A stretch of DNA of 64,000 bases from Patescibacteria group bacterium. GTDB taxonomy: Bacteria > Patescibacteriota > Patescibacteriia > Patescibacteriales > WJLG01. The stretch lies in NCBI GenBank assembly GCA_028707065.1, contig JAQTUZ010000002.1, positions 6,513 through 70,512 on the forward strand. Direction: 5' to 3'. The translations under genes and the position numbers were made by a program. The notes beneath the pieces were generated by a model. That model saw only the letters and a list, made by a program, of their open reading frames with translations. It ran no database searches and was not told where the DNA came from. This document shows positions 1 through 6,076 of this stretch, in pieces (position 1 is the stretch's first letter; each line of letters opens with the position of its first letter).

Positions 1-918
1 GCAATTTAAGCAAGTTGAGCAATTTATTGTTGGGTCTTGGATGCATCCGGCGGCGTTAGTGACGGGCCCGCTGACAGCCGGGCAGCAGCACCAATTAGCA
101 TTGCCGAGCGTGCCGCATTTTTTTACCGCCTCATCGCCGGTCGAGAAAGATTCGTTGGCTTTACAATAATCAGCGCCGTTGTTGCTAATTAGCGTTTGGC
201 TATCGACCGGCGCGGAGGACCAATAACATTTAGTGGTAGGATCCTTGATATAAGAACAGCAACATTTGTAGGTCGAATTTTGGCCAGGGGAAGCGGGCAT
301 TGCCTTGGTGCAGGCGCTTACATCATCAGAAGCTTGGCCGGCGGCAAAACATCCGCCGGTGATGCCCAGACCCGGAATAGTTGTTTGAACTATCCAGTCG
401 CAGACGCCCCTGATTGTCAGTGGCGCGCCCGTGGTGATTTGTTGCGTTACTGTCGGCGTGCCGATTACGCCTGATTGCAGATTTACCAGCGCCGGATTGA
501 TTTGATTGAGAAGCAAATAGGAAACAAGCACCAAGACAAAACCGGTTAGCGAGGCGGTGATCATTGCTTTCGCTTCGGTAACATTGGAGGCATTGCCGCC
601 GGCGGTGATCCACATTAATCCCCCGATCATCAAAATTACGGCCGCGACGATTCCGACTACGCCGACAGCATAGGAGTAGATCGCTTTAATGTAATCGGCG
701 ATCGGCGCGGTAGTACCGTTGAAAGTGACGGTCGCGCTCCCGCCATGAAGAGTGGGGATGGGTACTTGCAAGGTAAGGGGAGGATAGGGAGCCGCTTGCG
801 CCGCGGCAGGCATAAAAAACAAAGCGGTAAAGGCAACGGTTTGCGCCAAAAAGACAACGGCGAAAATAGACATAAATATCGCCGACAAGGATTTTTGGTT
901 GGCAAATTTTTTAAACAT
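1..918 (-). CDS. T4SS pilin-like protein (TrbC/VirB2-type two-helix core) with Cys-rich C-terminal extension; C-terminus lies beyond the left window edge
   Basis: Absent from the supplied ORF track because it has no in-window stop. Minus-strand ATG at 918-916. I read all 306 codons down to base 1 and found no stop. The product starts MFKKFANQKSLSAIFMSIFAVVFLAQTVAF (signal/TM). It contains IADYIKAIYSYAVGVVGIVAAVILMIGGLMWITAGGNASNVTEAKAMITASLTGFVLVLVSYLLLNQINP, which is the conjugative-pilin layout (hydrophobic helix, AGGN loop, AK, hydrophobic helix). A Cys-rich tail follows (..KCCCSYIKD..NWCCCPAV..NCSTCLNC). Confidence 0.6.
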   Translation of the reverse strand, partial: MFKKFANQKSLSAIFMSIFAVVFLAQTVAFTALFFMPAAAQAAPYPPLTLQVPIPTLHGGSATVTFNGTTAPIADYIKAIYSYAVGVVGIVAAVILMIGGLMWITAGGNASNVTEAKAMITASLTGFVLVLVSYLLLNQINPALVNLQSGVIGTPTVTQQITTGAPLTIRGVCDWIVQTTIPGLGITGGCFAAGQASDDVSACTKAMPASPGQNSTYKCCCSYIKDPTTKCYWSSAPVDSQTLISNNGADYCKANESFSTGDEAVKKCGTLGNANWCCCPAVSGPVTNAAGCIQDPTINCSTCLNC

Positions 919-930
919 AATATAATATTG

Positions 931-1015
931 TTGCATTGTTAAACTGTTACATTGCTACGCAACGATTTAAAAAATGATTAGACAAAAAACAATGTAACAA
1001 TTTAACAATGTAACC
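931..1015. repeat. CAATGTAAC word repeats in the porA / pilin-gene spacer
   Basis: gttacattg at 946-954 (inverted), caatgtaac at 990-998 and 1007-1015, related ttgcattg at 931-938. Lies directly upstream of the minus-strand pilin-like start, so it may be operator- or promoter-associated. Confidence 0.6.
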
Positions 1016-1022
1016 AAAAATT

Positions 1023-2252
1023 TTATTTTCCCACAAACTCAACTTCTCCGCCTTTTCCGACCGCTTTAGCAATGATACTTCTGATCATTTCCCGCGTTAC
1101 GTCCCGGCCGCCGAGCCCGACAATGAAATTTTTAACGTTGGCGTTGATTTTTCCCTGCACCGCCGCTTTTACCTCCAGATATAATGGTCCGGCATAGCCT
1201 AAGGAAACGGCTTTTTCCGCGACCGCGACATTTTTGGCGCCGACATCTTTCAAAATTTTTATTATCTCTTCCGCCGGAAAGGGCCGGAAAGTTTTTAATT
1301 TCAAGACGCCGATGCCGCCACCGGCACTGAATATTCCGCCGGACGATTTTTTTTCATCAATCACTTCCTTAATCGTTCCAACTACCGAGCCCATGGCGAC
1401 GATCACGGTCTTGGCCCGCGGCGATCCGTAATATTCAAGAAGTCCGTTGTCGATAATTCCCCTCTCGAGAGGGGTGGATCCGCCCCTGGCGGAGACGGGG
1501 TGTGTTAAGCTTGGAAAAGCTTTATTATATTTTTCATACTCATCTTTAATGACCGGCAACGCAGAAATCAAATCATCGTGCAATTCCTGGCGGATCTCCA
1601 TATAATCAGCCGGCGTCGCGAACGCGCCTAAAGTGCGCGGATTAGCCGGATCAAGATAGGTTCCGTTTTTCGGCTGATAATCCGGCAAGAATTTTTTAAT
1701 GTCTTTTTCCGAGGGTATAGAAACTTCTTCATAGGAATGGGTTAAGACAAAGCCGTCGACGTTGACTATCACCGGCAGATTTAATTTTTCGGCGATTTTG
1801 TAAGCCAAAATATGTTGCGTCACCGCTTCCTGATGATTTTCCGCGAACAGCAAAATCCAGCCGGCATCGCGGATCGTCATCACGTCCTGGGCATCGTTCC
1901 AAATATTGATCGGCGCGGAAACGGCGCGGTTGGCGCAAGTGATCACCACCGGCAAGCGCATGCCGGCGATATTGAAAATCACCTCGGTCATCAATAATAA
2001 TCCTTGCGAGCTGGTTGAACTGTAAACGCGGACGCCGGTCGCCGAAGCGCCCAAGATTATGGAGGCGGCGGCGAATTCGCTTTCGGCCCGCACGTATTCA
2101 TAATCAGCTTCGCCATCGGCTTTGAAGTGCGCCAAATCTTCCACGATATGCGTTTGCGGCGTGATCGGATAAGCGGAAACAACTGAAGGTTTTATGTTCT
2201 TGATTGTTAAGGCAATAGCTCTTGATCCTTCAAGAATTTGTGGCTTAGACAT
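1023..2252 (-). CDS. porA: pyruvate/2-oxoacid:ferredoxin oxidoreductase, alpha subunit
   Basis: 409-aa ORF. The N-terminus MSKPQILEGSRAIALTIKNIKPSVVSAYPITPQTHIVE and the length fit alpha subunits of four-subunit 2-oxoacid:ferredoxin oxidoreductases. Follows gamma and delta subunit genes in the canonical G-D-A order. Confidence 0.9.
   Translation of the reverse strand: MSKPQILEGSRAIALTIKNIKPSVVSAYPITPQTHIVEDLAHFKADGEADYEYVRAESEFAAASIILGASATGVRVYSSTSSQGLLLMTEVIFNIAGMRLPVVITCANRAVSAPINIWNDAQDVMTIRDAGWILLFAENHQEAVTQHILAYKIAEKLNLPVIVNVDGFVLTHSYEEVSIPSEKDIKKFLPDYQPKNGTYLDPANPRTLGAFATPADYMEIRQELHDDLISALPVIKDEYEKYNKAFPSLTHPVSARGGSTPLERGIIDNGLLEYYGSPRAKTVIVAMGSVVGTIKEVIDEKKSSGGIFSAGGGIGVLKLKTFRPFPAEEIIKILKDVGAKNVAVAEKAVSLGYAGPLYLEVKAAVQGKINANVKNFIVGLGGRDVTREMIRSIIAKAVGKGGEVEFVGK
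1457..1506. repeat. family A double-hairpin element, in frame inside porA
   Basis: ttcccctctcgagaggggtggatccgcccctggcggagacggggtgtgtt: hairpins cccctc/gagggg and ccgcc/ggcgg plus a cggggtgtgt tail. The coding strand reads ..HPVSARGGSTPLERGI... Confidence 0.85.
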
Positions 2253-2364
2253 AATATGGAAATAATTTTTAATTTTTATAATTTTTAAAGAAATCCAAAT
2301 TTTTAATTTTTAAAAATTAGACCTTAAAAATTCTTTAAAAATTTAAAAATTACAAAAATTAAAT
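2253..2364. repeat. AT-only spacer repeat, copy 1 (porD-porA spacer)
   Basis: About 100 nt nearly identical to 2656-2764 (shared ..aatttttaatttttaaaaatta..ccttaaaaattctttaaaaatttaaaaattacaaaa..). Contains the palindrome taatttttaaaaatta. Confidence 0.85.
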
Positions 2365-2655
2365 TTATTTTCGTTCCAGTTCCATCTTAATCACCTTGAC
2401 CGGGCATTCGGAGGCGCAGACGCCGCAGCCTTTGCAGAAATCGTAATCGGTCTGCGGCTTGGGTTTCGGAACCACCCCCAGCCCCTCCTTCGGAAGGAGG
2501 GGAGCCGTCATCTTGATGCAATTTTCCGGACAGACGCGGGCGCAGGTGCCGCAGGAAATGCAGTGCTCCAAATCCGTGCTGGGGCGGAAAGTGCGCCAGC
2601 CACCCGTCTTATTAATAGTGGTTGAACCTGGTTGAACAGTAATATCTATAGACAT
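2365..2655 (-). CDS. porD: pyruvate/2-oxoacid:ferredoxin oxidoreductase, delta subunit (2x[4Fe-4S] ferredoxin)
   Basis: 96 aa with two ferredoxin cluster motifs, CISCGTCARVCP and CKGCGVCASECP. Positioned between the gamma and alpha subunit genes. Confidence 0.9.
   Translation of the reverse strand: MSIDITVQPGSTTINKTGGWRTFRPSTDLEHCISCGTCARVCPENCIKMTAPLLPKEGLGVVPKPKPQTDYDFCKGCGVCASECPVKVIKMELERK
2470..2504. repeat. family B hairpin element, in frame inside porD
   Basis: aaccacccccagcccctccttcggaaggaggggag (hairpin cccctcctt/aaggagggg next to a ccaccc box). Encodes ..LLPKEGLGVV.. between the two Fe-S motifs. Confidence 0.85.
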
Positions 2656-2764
2656 ATTGTAGAATTTTTAATTTTTAAATTTTGTAATTTTTAAAGAAAT
2701 CGAAAATTTTTAATTTTTAAAAATTATGCCTTAAAAATTCTTTAAAAATTTAAAAATTACAAAA
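2656..2764. repeat. AT-only spacer repeat, copy 2 (porG-porD spacer)
   Basis: Direct repeat of 2253-2364; see that entry. Confidence 0.85.
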
Positions 2765-3328
2765 TTAACTATTATAGGCTTTCTCTATCGCATTGATATT
2801 TTTATTTACTATCTCTTCTCCTTTTTCTTCGAATTTTTCTTTGATCGCTTCGCGCAAGCCGTTAATACTGACGAGGTCGATGGCTTTGGCCAGTACGCCG
2901 AGAATAGTCGTGTTGGCCAGATTGCGTCCCAAGATTTCCATGGCGATTTTACTGGCATCAACCGCGAAAATATCCGCTACCGGTACCGGTAATTTTTTCG
3001 GTCCATAAGTGAGTTTGAGTTCGCCGGCCGGTTGCGTGGTATTAACGATAATTTTTATGCCCTTGCCGCAATCCGAGGTCATATCGACCAGGCCGATCAA
3101 AGTCGGATCAAGAATAATCAAAATATCCGGATGATAAACCTGCTCGCGGTTGCGGATGAATTTGTCGTCGATGCGGGCAAAGGCCTGGATCGGCGCGCCG
3201 GTCCGCTCCACGCCGAAAGAGGGGAAGGCCTGGGCTTGGCGGCCGTCGGCATAAGCGGCAATGGCGATGAGCTCGGCGGCGGTGACGACTCCCTGTCCGC
3301 CGCGGCCGTGTAATCGGATCTGCTTCAT
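2765..3328 (-). CDS. porG: pyruvate/2-oxoacid:ferredoxin oxidoreductase, gamma subunit
   Basis: 187 aa. MKQIRLHGRGGQGVVTAAELIA is the characteristic GRGGQG N-terminus of gamma subunits. Confidence 0.9.
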   Translation of the reverse strand: MKQIRLHGRGGQGVVTAAELIAIAAYADGRQAQAFPSFGVERTGAPIQAFARIDDKFIRNREQVYHPDILIILDPTLIGLVDMTSDCGKGIKIIVNTTQPAGELKLTYGPKKLPVPVADIFAVDASKIAMEILGRNLANTTILGVLAKAIDLVSINGLREAIKEKFEEKGEEIVNKNINAIEKAYNS

Positions 3329-3366
3329 AAATATTTTTTGCTCAATTGTTGAATTGTTTTGTAAAC

Positions 3367-3459
3367 GTAATACTAATCTACGAATACATACTAATATAAC
3401 GAATATTTTTTAACAGGCATTCGTCATATTAGTATGTATTCGTATTAAATTAGTATTAC
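3367..3459. repeat. long imperfect hairpin built from CGAATAC/TACTAAT words
   Basis: Left arm gtaatactaatctacgaatacatactaatataacgaat. Right arm attcgtcatattagtatgtattcgtattaaattagtattac. Lies between porG and the dsbA-like gene. The same word family occurs at 10438-10545 and 37846-37986. Confidence 0.8.
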
Positions 3460-3477
3460 AATGAGTCAATCCGATTT

Positions 3478-4092
3478 TTACTTTAAAAACCGCTGGATTA
3501 TTTCTTCAAACTTGTCGGCCGGAATTTCTCCGGCCAACTTATAGCCATTGATGAAAAAAGTGGGCGTACCCGCTACTCCTAAAGATTGGCCGTCGGCATA
3601 ATCAGCCCTGATGTCATCTAAATATTTATTGCTCGATAAGCAATTGGTAAAGACGGTTTTATTGGCGCCCACCGAGATCGCCAGATCAATGAGGGAGCTG
3701 GTGGCGAATTGGCCTTGCAAGGCGAATAATTTATCATGCATCGGCCAGAAAAATCCCTGTTCGCCGGCGCAGCGGGCGGCTTGAGCCAGATCAAGCGAGT
3801 TGCCGTGCAAAGGAAAATCTTTAAAAATTATTTTGACTGATTTTTTATATTTATAGCCGATTTCCCTGACGACAGTATAGTCGTTGCGGCAATAGGGGCA
3901 GGCAAAATCGGCGAATTCAACAATAGTGATTTTCGGCGTGGTGGTGCCGAAAGAATAATCGGCCGGCCGATCCGGCACCACGAATTTTTGCGCCGTTTCC
4001 GTTGGTTTGGCCGGCGCCGTAAAATGCGCGATCAGCGCGCCAACAACAATTATCGCCGCGAAAACAATGACCGCGATCGTTTTTTTACTCAT
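3478..4092 (-). CDS. membrane-anchored DsbA-like thiol:disulfide oxidoreductase
   Basis: 204 aa. N-terminal TM (IAVIVFAAIIVVGALIAHF), thioredoxin-fold active site FACPYCRN (CxxC), and C-terminal GTPTFFING typical of the DsbA family. Confidence 0.85.
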   Translation of the reverse strand: MSKKTIAVIVFAAIIVVGALIAHFTAPAKPTETAQKFVVPDRPADYSFGTTTPKITIVEFADFACPYCRNDYTVVREIGYKYKKSVKIIFKDFPLHGNSLDLAQAARCAGEQGFFWPMHDKLFALQGQFATSSLIDLAISVGANKTVFTNCLSSNKYLDDIRADYADGQSLGVAGTPTFFINGYKLAGEIPADKFEEIIQRFLK

Positions 4093-4325
4093 ATTATTAA
4101 TTGCCGGCGATAAAAAAATAATCTATAATACAGCTAGCGGAGAATTGATTTTATTATATCATTTTTTACTTTCTATGGCGATAGCCAATCTTAATCATTG
4201 GGAAAAAAAGGCGTTAGCGAAAAGCGCCAAGCGGGAGAAGAAAAAAAAGCCGAAGATGAAAGTATCGGGGGCTTCAGTAAAAAGGCTGCAAAAAATTATT
4301 AATGAAAAGTGAAAACACCTTTTTT

Positions 4326-4478
4326 TGTCATCCTGATCCCGCTTTGGCGGGAGAAGGATCTAATGGGCGAGAAGTTCGTATAATAACTTTAAAAATTTTT
4401 GTCGAAAAAATCCGCAGTTCCTGCAAATTAGATCCTTCGTGCGGCGCTTCCTCCCCAAGGCGGACAGGCAGGATGACA
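4326..4478. repeat. inverted pair of family C (TGTCATCC..GGATC) hairpin elements flanking about 70 bp
   Basis: tgtcatcctgatcccgctttggcgggagaaggatc (4326-4360) and the inverted gatccttcgtgcggcgcttcctccccaaggcggacaggcaggatgaca (4431-4478). Related copies at 6036-6065 and 36679-36725. Confidence 0.7.
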
Positions 4479-4503
4479 AAAAGGGGGATGTGAATCGAAA
4501 ATT

Positions 4504-5397
4504 ATGAAGATTTTTTCTTGGAATGTAAATGGTATAAGAGCGGTAGTAAAAAAAGGCTTTACGGATTTTTTAAAGAAAGAAAGACCCGATATTTTATGTT
4601 TGCAGGAAATCAAGATTTCCGCTGACGCGCGCAATAAGGAAATTTTTGATTTTGCCGGCTATCAGGAATTCTGGCATTCGGCTCTGCGGCCCGGCTATTC
4701 GGGGACGATGACTTTGGTCAAGGACGATCTTGTCATTGCGAAGAGCGGAAACTCCCAAGTTTTAACACACCCCGTCTCGCGCGGCAGTGATTCTCGGAAA
4801 CCCACCCCGTCCGGCCAGGGGCCGTCCACCCCTCCCGAGGAGGGGAATAGCCACCCCTCCCGAGAGGGGAATAAATTAATTGGGCTCATAGATTTTCCCG
4901 ACGACCCGGAGGGGCGGGTGCAGATTTTGGAATTCGCTAAATTCTATCTGGCCAATGTTTATTTTCCGAACGCCAATCATGAATTGTCGCGGCTGGATTT
5001 TAAATTGAAATTCAATGACCGCTTGTTGAAATTTTTGAAGAAGTTGGAAAAGACCAAGCCGTTAGTTGTCTGCGGCGATTATAACGTCGCTCATGAGCCG
5101 ATCGATCTTTTCCATCCCAAAGAGAACGAAGGCAACGCCGGCTATACGGAGGAAGAGCGGGACTGGATGACTAAGTTCTTAAAAGCCGGTTTTGTCGATA
5201 CTTTCCGCGCCCAAAATCCTAATAAGGCGCAATATTCCTGGTGGAGTTTCCGGATGAACGTCCGAGCGCGTAATATCGGCTGGCGTATTGACTATTTTTG
5301 CGTTTCGTGGTATCTTTTTAAGTCAGTTAAAAGTTCTTTCATAATGGATAAAATACAAGGTTCTGACCATTGCCCGGTCGGGATCGAATTAAAATAA
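4504..5397 (+). CDS. xth: exodeoxyribonuclease III (AP endonuclease)
   Basis: 297 aa. MKIFSWNVNGIRA, LCLQEIK, NVYFPN, VVCGDYNVAH, WWSFR and GSDHCPV are the ExoIII/EEP-family motifs in order. Confidence 0.9.
   Translation: MKIFSWNVNGIRAVVKKGFTDFLKKERPDILCLQEIKISADARNKEIFDFAGYQEFWHSALRPGYSGTMTLVKDDLVIAKSGNSQVLTHPVSRGSDSRKPTPSGQGPSTPPEEGNSHPSREGNKLIGLIDFPDDPEGRVQILEFAKFYLANVYFPNANHELSRLDFKLKFNDRLLKFLKKLEKTKPLVVCGDYNVAHEPIDLFHPKENEGNAGYTEEERDWMTKFLKAGFVDTFRAQNPNKAQYSWWSFRMNVRARNIGWRIDYFCVSWYLFKSVKSSFIMDKIQGSDHCPVGIELK
4764..4872. repeat. compound family A elements (inverted orientation), in frame inside xth
   Basis: A partial copy, a full copy (acccaccccgtccggccaggggccgtccacccctcccgaggaggggaa) and an extra half (ccacccctcccgagaggggaat). 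Encodes ..HPVSRGSDSRKPTPSGQGPSTPPEEGNSHPSREGN.. between conserved ExoIII blocks. Confidence 0.85.
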
Positions 5398-5417
5398 ATA
5401 AATGAAGGGGGTTCAAG

Positions 5418-5651
5418 ATGACACCATATGGGAAAAAAGGATTGATCCGTACAATGGTAAGTTTTTTCGTCGCTATGGTACGCCGTCTCGTTGCCGCGCT
5501 GAAGATTACCGGAGAGGCAATGGTAGAAGGCGCCATTATTTTTTTATTCATGTTCGTGAGCGTATTTTTCTTCCTGATCTGGCGCCGGCGAGCGTACGCA
5601 AAATACCGGGAGTTGATCTGGCGAGAGAGAGACGAAAAAAAGCCGCAATAA
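5418..5651 (+). CDS. small hypothetical membrane protein
   Basis: 77 aa. Good SD (aaggggg, 6 nt before the ATG). Two hydrophobic segments, no recognisable motif. The overlapping 5402..5710 ORF is the less likely frame. Confidence 0.35.
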   Translation: MTPYGKKGLIRTMVSFFVAMVRRLVAALKITGEAMVEGAIIFLFMFVSVFFFLIWRRRAYAKYRELIWRERDEKKPQ

Positions 5652-5709
5652 AAGCAGGGGATCGATATGATTTTATCAACTCACCTTTAACCGCGAGAGG
5701 GCAAGAATA

Positions 5710-5937
5710 ATGTACCAAAAAGTCGTGCGGAAAATCGGAACGGGAACGATGGGGGCGCTGGGATTTAATGCGATTGTCGCCGCTATTCTGGCAGCAGCCA
5801 ACATGTCGGCCTCAAAACCGGTATTTTTTTTCGGAGCTTATGCCGGAGCCAGCGTACTGGCTTTTCTGCTGGCGATTTTCCCGTTTTGGGATAACGTCGA
5901 AAAGAGCAGAAAAAATATCGCGTCAACGCCCGACTAA
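5710..5937 (+). CDS. small hypothetical membrane protein
   Basis: 75 aa with two predicted TM helices. SD-like gagaggg upstream. Followed by a terminator at 5962-5990. Confidence 0.4.
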   Translation: MYQKVVRKIGTGTMGALGFNAIVAAILAAANMSASKPVFFFGAYAGASVLAFLLAIFPFWDNVEKSRKNIASTPD

Positions 5938-5961
5938 AAAACGGGCAAAGCAATCAACGTT

Positions 5962-5990
5962 CGGCTGAAGTAATATTCAGCCGTTTTTTA
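5962..5990 (+). terminator. Rho-independent terminator
   Basis: cggctgaa-gtaatat-tcagccg stem-loop followed by tttttt. Confidence 0.7.
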
Positions 5991-6076
5991 TTTGCTTTTT
6001 TGTGTTTTTTTCGGTAAAATGACATTATGATTTTTGTAATGTCATCACCGCGCGAGCGGGGATCCAGTTTTATTGT

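Noticed and set aside
196-905. Track ORFs 196..474(+), 326..613(-), 657..905(-), 745..942(+).
   Set aside because: All are overlapped by the 918-nt open minus-strand frame, which has a convincing signal peptide and pilin-like core. The products of these ORFs are Arg/Cys-rich nonsense.
4007-4634. ORFs 4007..4312, 4302..4493 and 4428..4634 in the dsbA-xth spacer.
   Set aside because: They span family C hairpin elements and the antisense of dsbA and xth. They lack an SD and have low-complexity products.
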